DNA of 64,000 nt from an uncultured delta proteobacterium (lineage in GTDB: Bacteria; Desulfobacterota; Desulfobacteria; Desulfobacterales; SG8-13). The notes under the pieces are model-generated. The model saw nothing but the letters and a program-made list of their open reading frames with translations. It was not told the origin of the DNA and did not search any database. Made by a program: the position numbers and the translations under genes. The stretch is taken from contig CAWKCK010000017.1 in the NCBI GenBank assembly GCA_963848135.1, positions 806,001-870,000 of the forward strand, in the 5' to 3' direction. Positions 15,001 to 24,981 of the stretch are shown here, one piece after another; the stretch's first letter is position 1, and each line of letters opens with the position of its first letter.

Positions 15001-18000
15001 CCGGCGATACGGTGGTTGAACCTCCGGAGACCTTTTGGGTGACCCTGTCAAACGTTGTCGGAGCAACTCTCAACGATGGGCAGGGATTGGGCACCATTAC
15101 CAATGACGATGCGGCGGCAGTAGAGTTCAATCTGGCGGCTGCCTCTGATGTTGAGGCGAACGGCGGCAATTTACCGATTCTTCTGGTCAACGGTAATCTG
15201 CTGTCCGACCAGTCCATCGAAGTCAACGTCTCCGGCGGCACGGCAACCCTCGGAACCGATTATAACAACACGGTCATTATACCCATCCCGGCCGGCGTCT
15301 ATGACGGTACCCCTGTAACGGCCATCCCGATCGGATTAACGGTCATCGACGATGACTTCTACGAAGCCGACGAGACCATTTTTCTCCAACTGTCAAATCC
15401 GGGTACAGGCCTGATCCTCGGCGACGCCAACGGGAATTCGGTTATGCAAAGTCTGCATACCTACACCATAAACAACGACGACAGTTTGGCCGTGAGTCTG
15501 ATACACAGCATGGTCACCGCTTCCCCGAATATCATCGCGGCCGACGGTGTCGTCACCAGCATAATTACCGTGACATTGCGCAATGAATTGGGCAATCCGG
15601 TACCAGGTAAAACAATTCAGCTGACAAGCAACCGTGCGGGGGACGTCGTTACTTCTCCACCGGCACCGACAGATGCCAACGGGACGGCCGTCGGTACCAT
15701 CAGTTCCACCGAACCGGGTGAGGCCGTGGTCACCGCCGCCGATCTGACTGACGGTATCACTTTGACCCAGCATCCAGTGGTCTACTTTACCCAGGGGCAG
15801 GTCCTCGAACTGAACCTGACGGCCAACAAGAATGAAGTGGTCGTGGGCGACATCGTCACATACCTTGCCATACTCAAGAATACCACCACGGCGGATGTGG
15901 TCGAGGTGAACCTCGATATCACCCCCCCGCCGGGGTTTGTCTATATAGAGAATAGCGCCCGGCTCAATGGTGTGCCACTGGCCAATCCTACCAGCGGCCA
16001 CCCCTTGACCTTCAATATCGGCACTGTACCAGCCCACAATGATGCCAACGGCAACGGCCAGGTGGACCCGGACGAGGCGGGTTATGTGCCGGTCTTGTTC
16101 CAACTGGCCGTCGGCTCCGGTGCCGTCCCCGGCGATTACGACACCCACGCTGTGGCCCGCGATGTATGTCCGAGCTGTTTTATCTCCAACCCGGCCGAAG
16201 CGCGTGTTACAATCACTCTAGACCCCATTTTCGACCTGGGCACGATCATCGGCAAGGTGTTCTACGACCACAACCGCAACGGCTGGCAGGATCCCGGTGA
16301 AGACGGGGCCGGTGGTGTCATGGTGGCCCTTGACAGCGGTGTCTACGCCCTAACGGATCCTTACGGCCGCTATCACTTTCCGGCGGTCGAGCCGGGACAC
16401 CGAATGGTTAAGATCAACCTGAAAAGTCTTGCCGACGGGGCCGAAGCGACCACCAGTCAAACCGTGGTTCTGAACATCACCCCCGGCCTGATGGCCAAGG
16501 CCAATTTCGGTGTGCTTTACGAACCGGAAACCATAAAAACCGGCCGGCCGGCCGAACCGGGGATCGCCATCCAGTCCGAAGCTGTCGAACAACCGATCCA
16601 GGTCCTCGGTAATGTCGACAGCCTGACGTTGATGATCAACGGCGAAGTGACGGCTGTGCCTAACAACAATGTCCGCCTCGTTGTGGAAAACCTGAACGAA
16701 GTCGTTGAACTCAAAGGAAGTCGGCTCGAAAAACCGGTTCAATTTCAGATCGATCGCAATTTCGATGTACCCGCAGAGAATTGGGAACTGAAGATTTTGA
16801 GTCCAAAGGGTGACGTTGTGCGGCGACTGAACGGAACCGGTCAGCCACCAGAAACGATCGACTGGAATGGACGCTACGGTGGCAATCAGATGGTTACCGG
16901 CGGCGACATCTATCAGTACCAGCTCGAGGTAAATCACACCGACGGCAGCCGGACCACCAGTGACCGCAGGATCTTCGGCATCAATCAATCCAAGATCATC
17001 TCCGTCAACCTGACGGGTGAAGCCTTTGTTTCGGACTCGGCCGAACTCAGCAAAAAAGCCCGAGATGTCTTGAAAGAAACGGCCAAGATTCTGAGGAAGT
17101 TTCCGGATGAGAAAGTCGTCATCGAAGGCCACACCGATTCTTCGGGGACCGAATCATATAATCTGGAACTTTCCAAAAAAAGAGCACAATCGGCCCTGAA
17201 CTACCTGGTCAAAGAGGAAAAGCTCCCCGAAAAGCGCTTTATCGTGCGCTGGTATGGCGAATCCCGCCCGATTGTCAGCAACGAATTTCCCGAAACTCGG
17301 GCCCTGAACCGCCGCATCGAAATTAAGGGCCAGATAAACAAAACGGAACGCTCGAGACTTTACGATCAATTCCGTACCGAGGCCGGAGTAAAAATCAACG
17401 GGAAAGAACTGCCGCTCGACGGCAGCCGGTTTTCGGTCCATGTCGCCGATGATCAGATGAAAGAGTTCACCGTCGAGGTGGTCAACCGACGGGGGCAATC
17501 TCTCCAGACCACATTCAGCGTCCCCGATGTCGAAATTTTACAAACCGAAAAAACCGTCCTGTTACCCTTCGGCAGTGCCGGTGACGGCTACCACGTTGAA
17601 GAGGCCGGCAGCGCGGAAATAGCTGGGCAGGACACCATGGCGACCTATGAGGTGCAGGGACGCACTGCACCTGGAAACACGATTGAGGTCGACGACGTAC
17701 CGATTCCGGTCAAACCCGACGGCGGATTCACGATACCCCTGGCGTTGATGCGCGGCAGCAATGCCTATGGTTTGCTCGTTCGCAATTCCTCGGGCACAAC
17801 CCGGCTTGTCAACCTGATGGTGACGGTCAACGATCGCGATCAAAACGGTGAGTTGATTCTGGCTACCGACCCGATTCCGAATTTAACCGTTCAGTTGCCG
17901 CCCCGGGGGGTTCCGTTGACCCAACCGATACTGGCCGTCACAGGCGCCACAGATCCGGGCAACCGCGTCGAAATCAACGGCGAAACGGTAACGGTAGCCG

Positions 18001-20723
18001 AGGACGGCACGTTTTCTTCATCGGTGACCCTGCCGCCCGGTGAAAGTGAACTCCTGATCCAGGCCATCGATCCAAAGGGCCGTATCGGAGAAATCAGTCG
18101 GCCGATCGAGTTTAAAGATACGCAACTGTTTTTCCTTGCCTTCGGCGATGGTAAAATCGGGTGGCTCAAGAGTAAAGGCTACCTCGAGGGCACCGACAAG
18201 GAAGACGGATTTTACACCGAAGGACGGATCGCCTTCTACCTGAAGGGCGTCATAAAGGGCAAGTACCTTATCACCGCAGCGATGGACACCGGCGTCGCTG
18301 AATTCGGCGACCTTTTCAAGGACCTGGATAATAAACAGAACCAACGATTGTTGACGAATTTGGATCCCGACAAGATTTACCCGGTTTACGGAGACACAAG
18401 TACCGTTGTTTACGATACCGATTCGAGGGGCAAGTTCTACCTGGCCCTGGACAGCGACGAATTCCATGCCCTGGTGGGGAACTATCAGATCAGTTTGTCC
18501 GATACCGAGCTGGCAAGATATCAGCGAACATTTTTCGGCGCAAACGTGGCCTATAAATCGCTTTCGGAAACCAAATACGGCCAGCCGAACACTAAGGCGA
18601 TGGTTTTCGGTGCCGAAGTACAGCAGCTGCATGTCAACGACCAGATCGAGGCCACCGGCGGTTCCCTTTACTACCTGAGCCATCGCGACATCATCGAGGG
18701 CAGCGAGCAGGTCAGCCTGGTGATCAGGGACAAGAACACCGGACTGGTGCTCTCGCGCACCCCTCAGCAGCAAAACGTGGACTACACCATAAAATACGAT
18801 ACAGGATATATACTCTTTCACCGGCCCATCACCAGCAAAGCCGCCGACGGCTCGATCATCAACCAGGATATCCTGCCCGGCAACCCGGTCGTCATCGAGG
18901 TGGAGTACGAAGCCACGGCCGATTCACTCGAAAAGAAGGCCTATGGCGGCCGCGTCCGGCAGCAGATCGGAGATCATGTGGCCGTGGGCGGTACCTACAT
19001 CAAAGACGATCTGGGGACGGAGTCCTACACACTTCAAGGGGTCGATACGGAAGTCCGCCTGGGTAAGAACACGCGTCTTATCGGCGAATATGCCCAAAGC
19101 GAGGGGACCGGGAACGAGGTGTTCCTCAGTGACGATGGCGGTCTGAATTTCATAGACACCACTCCCACCGGGGACCAAAACGGCGATGCCTATAAATTGG
19201 CTGTTGAAGTGGATATCGGTGAGTGGTTCGAGCGGCCGGACGACTATCTTGTCGGCGCTTATTACAAACGTCAGAATCCGGGTTTTTTCACCGCAGGCAA
19301 CCTCCTGCAAACCGGGACGGAGAACATCGGCATGAATCTGTCGTTCAAACTGAGCGAGGCCGATCTGCTGCGGGGCAAGCTCGAACGAACGGGAATCGAC
19401 GCTACGGAGACCTTTGACAGCACTTCGGAAACCATCGGAACCCTGCAGTATATCCACGACCACAGCTGGTGGGGCGTGACTCTCGAATATCAGAATCGAC
19501 AGCGCGACAACGAGCAAGTGACATCGGATGCCGGAGACAACAGTTATGCCGCCGCCGGACTGCGGGTGGACGCTACGGACGATTTGACGCTCAATCTCGA
19601 CTATCAGCAGACCATAACCGGGCCATCCAACAACCAGGCCAGACTGGGTGCCCGCTACCAGATTCATCCGAAAGTGGCTCTCGAAGCAGCCGGCACCGTC
19701 GGTAGTGAAGGGAGCTCAGCCCTCGGTGGCGCCGTCGTGAAACTGGGCGACCAGGAACTTTACATCAACCAACGCCTGGCGGATCACCGGCCCGGCCGGA
19801 GCACAGCGACAGTGATCGGTGCGCGAGCATTGGTCGACTCATCGACAAAATTGTATACGGAATACCAATGGGAGAAAAATAACGGCGACGATCGTAATGT
19901 ATCGTTAATCGGAGCCGAGCGCCAGTGGGAATTAACCAGAGGACTCAAGCTGCTACTCTCCGGAGAGTATGGATCAACCAATGCGGATGCCGGCGACAAC
20001 GATCGCTACGCGATCACGGGAGGCGTTGCCTATAATAATCCGGCCGGCATCTTGGCGTCTTCACAGCAGCAATTCCGGGGAGAGGACGGCCGTGAAAATA
20101 CCATCCAGTTCCTGTCGAACAACAACCTGGAATTAAAACTCAACCCGGACTTCACGCTGCTCGGAAAGTTGCGATACAGTAAAACGCGCAACACCGAAAA
20201 CGATGATACAACGGCCGGATTTAAAGAATACAGTCTCGGGCTGGCATACCGCCCGGTGGCCTTCGATCGGCTGAATGCGCTGGCGAAGTACACCCTGCTT
20301 TCCGATATCGGCCCCTTGCGTCCAGGTGAACTGGTGCTCTCGGATACCCAGTCCCATGTCGCTTCCATCGAGTGGATTTTCGATATCACCCGCAGCCTGC
20401 AGTGGGTCGAAAAATTGGCTTATAAAATGCAGGCAGAGACGGTCGGCAGCCTGCCTCAGCAGGACACCCAAACACTCCTGGCAATCACCCGCTTGAATTG
20501 GAACTTCTGGCGCAAGTTCGGCCTGGGACTGGAATATCGCATCCTCTCCCAAAAACAACCCGAGAATACTAACCATGGCTGGTTGACAGAACTGATGTGG
20601 GAGCCGGTGGATCACTTCCGGATCGGTGCCGGCTACAATTTTACCGATTTTTCGGACGACGAGTTTGCGGACAACGACCACTCCTACGGGGGACCGTTCT
20701 TCCGCTTCCAAGTGCTTTACTAA
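2..20723 (+). CDS. Giant multi-domain surface adhesin-like protein (5'-partial, frameshifted at ~4495): beta-helix tail, Calx-beta, 34x DUF11, 7x Calx-beta, Big_1, DUF11, SdrD-B-like, FlgD-like Ig, OmpA-C, 2x Ig, putative C-terminal OM beta-barrel
   Basis: ORFs 2..4501 and 4467..20723 carry the same 122-aa repeat in register across the junction. Removing one G at 4495 joins them into 6,906 codons. OmpA-C motifs VVIEGHTDSSG, YNLELSKKRA, WYGESRP, NRRIEI lie at ~17000-17330. The C-terminus FFRFQVLY resembles a BAM beta-signal. Confidence 0.9.
596..13031 (+). repeat. Tandem array of 34 x 366-bp (122-aa) DUF11/TIGR01451-type Ig-like repeats
   Basis: Unit starts (TDL codons) at 596, 962 ... 12675; (12675-596-1)/366 = 33 intervals. 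Consensus TDLVIGKTVDNGTPDEGDTVTFTVTVTNxGPAQAxNVSIDDxxPAGL...WTIGT...ATLTI...DDPSESITVGN matches the DUF11 pattern. Confidence 0.93.
13040..15485 (+). repeat. Seven Calx-beta-like domains, with an eighth copy at ~260-595
   Basis: Repeated motifs I(N/D)DVxxxEG, FTV(T/S)LD, DGTAxAGSDY, ETFxVxL, G(L/T)GTIT(N/D)DD. Boundaries are approximate. Confidence 0.8.
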
Positions 20724-20741
20724 CATTAATTGCGAGCAGGC

Positions 20742-22070
20742 ATGAAAGAAAACCAGCCCAGCCCGAGACCAAAATTTTCCAAGCGCTTGAAATCCCTTGG
20801 ATCGCTTCTGGTGGAGTCGGTCATGACGATTCTTCTGGTGCTGAGCTTCTTCTCGATCTTTCTATATCTGCTCAATGCGTTATTTCCTACCGGGGTCAGC
20901 CTGAAAACCTTGATGGACCAGAGAGACGCACAACGGTACTCTGCAGGACCGACACCAGGCAGCCAAAAATCCAGAGGTGGTGATGTGGTGGCCTCATCCT
21001 GGCAAGAGCTGGCCGCCATCGTGACCCAAACGCATAACAGTGTAAAAAGTAAGCGGGCAGAAGCCATCGTTTGGATGTCCGCCGACGTTGGAAAACACCT
21101 TTTTGACCGGGACGCTGTCCAAACTCTCGACCAGGCGGCAGCCGAAATTACATTTGATAAACATTCGATTCTCAACATGGGGGAAAACTCTCTTCTGATT
21201 ATCAAGAAACAAATCCAGGATCCTCTCTTCCGGGAAAAGAGGTCTTTTATGGTTTTGGTGGATGGAGACCTGAGGGGCAGAATCAATGGATCGAACCCCA
21301 ATTCGGTCTTTATTGAAATTGGAACGCCAACAGCCACCATCAACACCAAAGGTGGTGCTGCCACGAAAAAAGAATTGGACTTCAAGATATCCGTCAACCC
21401 CGACAAATCATCTACCATAGCGGTGTACAGCGGTTCTGCCGAAGTGGAGGCGAATGGCAAAAAGGTGATTGTGGCCGCAAATCAAGCCACGGTCGTGGCC
21501 ATGGGCCAGGCACCGTTAAAACCGCGGATGATTCCAAAGATTGTGACACTGAGCGTGCCGTCCAAAGGCCATGGCTATTCCTACCGGGATCTGCCGCCGC
21601 GCATCCGATTCCACTGGGAAACTCAGGCGGCGGCCACCGGTTATCACTTCCTGCTGGCACGGGATCCTGATTTTCGGGAAATCGTAACCGAAGACACCTT
21701 CGAAGACAACGCGTTCAGACACGGCAACCTGGTTGAAGGCATGTACTACTGGAAAGTGAGCGCACGTAGCGCGTCGATCGAGGGCGCTTTCAGTGAGGTC
21801 CGCCAGTTCAGGGTCCTGCGGGATAGTGTTCCGCCGCAACTGGACGTTCGTTTGCCTCCGAGTACCATCTACGGTGGTAAATATGTAGTGGAAGGAAAAA
21901 CCGAACCCAATGCCACAGTCTACATTGGTGGCCAGCGGGTTGATATCAGTTCAACAGGTACGTTTACTCATCCAGTCAATCTTTTGCCCGGAATGAACGT
22001 CATTGTCGTCGAAGCATTCGATACGGTTAACAATGTTGCGTACTGTTCCAAAAGGGTGGTGAGCAAATAG
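20742..22070 (+). CDS. Single-pass membrane FecR-domain protein with FN3-like and C-terminal Ig-like domains
   Basis: N-terminal TM segment (ILLVLSFFSIFLYLLNALF); FecR-like DAVQT...AEITF...NMGENS, IGTPTATI and AVYSGSAEV; FN3-like FHW...YHFLLARD...YYWKV. ATG at 20742, 18 nt after the adhesin stop. Confidence 0.8.
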   Translation: MKENQPSPRPKFSKRLKSLGSLLVESVMTILLVLSFFSIFLYLLNALFPTGVSLKTLMDQRDAQRYSAGPTPGSQKSRGGDVVASSWQELAAIVTQTHNSVKSKRAEAIVWMSADVGKHLFDRDAVQTLDQAAAEITFDKHSILNMGENSLLIIKKQIQDPLFREKRSFMVLVDGDLRGRINGSNPNSVFIEIGTPTATINTKGGAATKKELDFKISVNPDKSSTIAVYSGSAEVEANGKKVIVAANQATVVAMGQAPLKPRMIPKIVTLSVPSKGHGYSYRDLPPRIRFHWETQAAATGYHFLLARDPDFREIVTEDTFEDNAFRHGNLVEGMYYWKVSARSASIEGAFSEVRQFRVLRDSVPPQLDVRLPPSTIYGGKYVVEGKTEPNATVYIGGQRVDISSTGTFTHPVNLLPGMNVIVVEAFDTVNNVAYCSKRVVSK

Positions 22071-22090
22071 AAGCGACCGGGGAATATGCA

Positions 22091-23983
22091 ATGGGAAAAT
22101 TTTTCAAGTTTTCGATACGGTTTAAAATTCTGATCGTGCTGCTACTGGTAGTAACAGCGGCGGTCAGTGCCATAACACTGACCATGGCAAAACTGTTTCA
22201 TACGGACAAGTCGATTTATGTGCACGACCTGACCGCGGAAATGGCCATCCGAACGGCAGCCGAAACCCGTGCGCTTCTGACTGGTTATCAGCGTAATCTG
22301 CATGTATTTACCCAATTTCTGTACGACCCGGAGACGCAACCCGATCACAAACGAAAAATGGTTAAACAACTATTTGCGGATTTCAACGATTTCGTCGCGA
22401 TCATCCTCTGGGTTGATGGTAAAGAGTTAACCAGTGTTTACGATGCCCGCACACTGGAAACAACGGGTCTCACCAAGGCGACCTTGTTGAACTTTTTCGA
22501 AACCCAGCCGATCCCCATGAACGAGGTGGAGCGAGGTGAAGTATACATTGCCAATGCTACCGTCAAAGAGAACTTGCCGGCCATCGTAATGGCCACTACT
22601 TATGCCCCGCCCGAGTCTAACGCCGAAACCTGTGTGGTGTCTGCCATCATCCGTCAGGATGGCCTTCAGCAACTGGCTGAACGCTCGAAAGCCTTTACAA
22701 CATTTATCACAGACGCCAAAGGGGATCCGCTGGCCCACTCTGACTTGGCCCATGTCGTCAATCGCAGAAAAATCGAATGGATTACCACCATAAAGGGCCT
22801 TGGCAACGATCGCCTGCACGGCTCCACCCATGATTATGTCGCCAACGGTCAGGAGATGGTCGGTGGGTTGGCACACACCGATATCAGGGACCTCCTGGCC
22901 GGCGTTGAAATCCCAAAAACCACCGCCTACCTTACCGCGCGGGAGCTGTTGAAAAACCTGATATTGGTTTCCCTGATCCTCCTGTTGGTCGCAGCTGTCT
23001 TTAGCCTTCTCAGCTCGCGTTTCATCACGCGACCGGTAGAACATCTGGTGGAAGCAACCAAAGTCCTGGCTTCAGGACGATTTGACATCAAGGTGAGTCC
23101 CAGATCGCGGGATGAAATCGGCGATTTGGCCAATTCCTTCAATCACATGGCCTCGGAGTTGGAAGTCCGTGAAAAGGAGCTGCAAGACGCCCAAGTCGCC
23201 CTTGTTCAATCGGAAAAGATGGCCGCTTTCGGGCAACTGGGAGCCGGGATTGCGCACGAAGTAAAAAATCCACTGGCCGGTATTCTCGGGTTAACCCAAC
23301 TTTGCCTGCTCGAAGCCGAAAGAGAGACCACTCAGTTCGAAAATTTATCCTTGATAGAGAAGGAAACCAAACGCTGCAAGACCATAATCGATAATCTATT
23401 AAAATTCTCCCGGCAGGAAAAAGTGAGCTTCGATATGACCGACATCAATCAAGTGGCTGTGGATACCGTGGCCATAATCAGCCACCAGCTCGGCATCAAT
23501 CAGATTAAATTTTATCAAGATTTCGCAAAGGAACTCCCTCCGGTCTACGGCAATGCCAACCAGATCCAACAGGTGCTGCTTAACCTGATGATAAACAGCC
23601 AGCAGGCAATGGTGGGAAAACCGGGGGAGATAAAACTGGCAACGTCACTGATGAATGCGAAAACAGCAAAGATCCAGATCATCGATACAGGCCCCGGTAT
23701 ACCCAAAGAGGTGCAGTCTAAAATATTTGAACCCTTTTTCACAACCAAGCCAGCCGGACAAGGTACGGGATTAGGCTTGTCGGTGAGCTATGGTATTGTC
23801 AAGAGCCATAAAGGCGATATTTACGTTCAAAGTGAACCGGGGAAAGGAACCGTATTCACCATCCTTTTGCCGGTGGGAAAACCCACCCAGGAGTCGGTCA
23901 AGCCCGCAGATTCGGAAAATTACTCACCTGACACGCCTGTGGATAAGCGTCCACATGAAGGGAAAAATAATGCGCCCGGTTAA
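22091..23983 (+). CDS. Membrane sensor histidine kinase (2 TM, periplasmic Cache-like domain, HAMP, HisKA, HATPase)
   Basis: Two hydrophobic segments, HAMP DEIGDLANSFNHM, H-box AGIAHEVKNPL, NLMINS, DTGPGI, FEPFFTTK, GTGLGL. Confidence 0.93.
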   Translation: MGKFFKFSIRFKILIVLLLVVTAAVSAITLTMAKLFHTDKSIYVHDLTAEMAIRTAAETRALLTGYQRNLHVFTQFLYDPETQPDHKRKMVKQLFADFNDFVAIILWVDGKELTSVYDARTLETTGLTKATLLNFFETQPIPMNEVERGEVYIANATVKENLPAIVMATTYAPPESNAETCVVSAIIRQDGLQQLAERSKAFTTFITDAKGDPLAHSDLAHVVNRRKIEWITTIKGLGNDRLHGSTHDYVANGQEMVGGLAHTDIRDLLAGVEIPKTTAYLTARELLKNLILVSLILLLVAAVFSLLSSRFITRPVEHLVEATKVLASGRFDIKVSPRSRDEIGDLANSFNHMASELEVREKELQDAQVALVQSEKMAAFGQLGAGIAHEVKNPLAGILGLTQLCLLEAERETTQFENLSLIEKETKRCKTIIDNLLKFSRQEKVSFDMTDINQVAVDTVAIISHQLGINQIKFYQDFAKELPPVYGNANQIQQVLLNLMINSQQAMVGKPGEIKLATSLMNAKTAKIQIIDTGPGIPKEVQSKIFEPFFTTKPAGQGTGLGLSVSYGIVKSHKGDIYVQSEPGKGTVFTILLPVGKPTQESVKPADSENYSPDTPVDKRPHEGKNNAPG

Positions 23984-24938
23984 GGATAATCGTATCTTGG
24001 TTGTCGATGATGAAGAGATTATACTTGAGGTATTGTCAGGGGTGATTGCCCGGGCCGGCTACACTGTCACAACGGCCTCAAACGGTGAAGAAGCCTGGGA
24101 GATATTTTCTGACAAGCCCTTTGCGCTCGTAATAATGGATCTCGTAATGGAAGGTATATCAGGGATTGATTTGCTGCAAAAAATCAGACGGTGCCATCCC
24201 GAAACTCAGGTTATCATCATGACGGGTCATGCCTCGCTTGATTCGGCAACGGCAGCGCTTCGTGCCGGTGCCTTCGATTACCTCTCCAAGCCGTTTAGAG
24301 GCTTCGATAAAATCACCGCATCCGTCCGCCTGGCCATGAAAAAGTATGCGGATATTCATCAAAATCAGAGTGAAATTGAACGGCTAAAAAAAAGAATCGC
24401 ACAAGTCGAGAACGCCAATAATGTGTTGAAGAATACGTCGATTCGAGACGGGTTGACCGGACTATTCAATTACCGATATTTTCAGGAAGACCTGGCCTAC
24501 GAATTGCTCCGGTCAAATCGGTACAAACGAACTTTCTCGCTGCTTTTCATTAAGATAGCATCATTTCAGCGCTTCATTGAGACATATGGAAAAATAGAGG
24601 CGGACAAACTGCTCATTACCGTCGGCCATCAACTTAAGCTAAACCTCAGAAAGACGGACCTTTTGGCACGCTACAAGGACGAAATGTTTTTGGCCATTTT
24701 ACCCGAGACCTCAAAACCGAATTCAGAAAAATTGGCCGACGGCTTGTGTACACGCGTAGCGAACAATGTTCAGGAACAGAGGGGCACCCGTTCAACCTAT
24801 GATGTCACACTGCGTATCGGGGTATCGACATATCCGGTGGATGGTACAAACGGCTCATCACTCTTAAAATATGCTCAGGAAGCAACCTCCCGGACAACCG
24901 AAGGGGCGTTGAACAGAGTCAACATAAAAATGCCATGA
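23970..24938 (+). CDS. Response regulator REC + degenerate GGDEF domain
   Basis: REC motifs ILVVDDE, MDLVM, YLSKP. GGDEF fold start RDGLTGLFNYRYF. Active-site motif reads RY-KDEMF, with RKTD I-site five residues upstream. Start moved to ATG 23970. Confidence 0.87.
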   Translation: MRPVKDNRILVVDDEEIILEVLSGVIARAGYTVTTASNGEEAWEIFSDKPFALVIMDLVMEGISGIDLLQKIRRCHPETQVIIMTGHASLDSATAALRAGAFDYLSKPFRGFDKITASVRLAMKKYADIHQNQSEIERLKKRIAQVENANNVLKNTSIRDGLTGLFNYRYFQEDLAYELLRSNRYKRTFSLLFIKIASFQRFIETYGKIEADKLLITVGHQLKLNLRKTDLLARYKDEMFLAILPETSKPNSEKLADGLCTRVANNVQEQRGTRSTYDVTLRIGVSTYPVDGTNGSSLLKYAQEATSRTTEGALNRVNIKMP

Positions 24939-24981
24939 AAAAGGATAGCCGAAGATAGATTGCCTTGAAAGGAGTGGTTAA

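Noticed and set aside
412..15241. Many minus-strand and alternate-frame ORFs inside the adhesin gene
   Set aside because: They recur with the repeat period and are shadows of the Thr/Val/Asp codon pattern, with no independent motifs.
2..20723. LapA/RTX-type T1SS adhesin
   Set aside because: No GGxGxD nonapeptide repeats or T1SS genes in the window, and the C-terminus looks like a barrel with an aromatic terminal residue.
23790..24938. Active diguanylate cyclase starting at 23790
   Set aside because: Catalytic residues are missing, and the first 60 codons overlap the upstream kinase gene.
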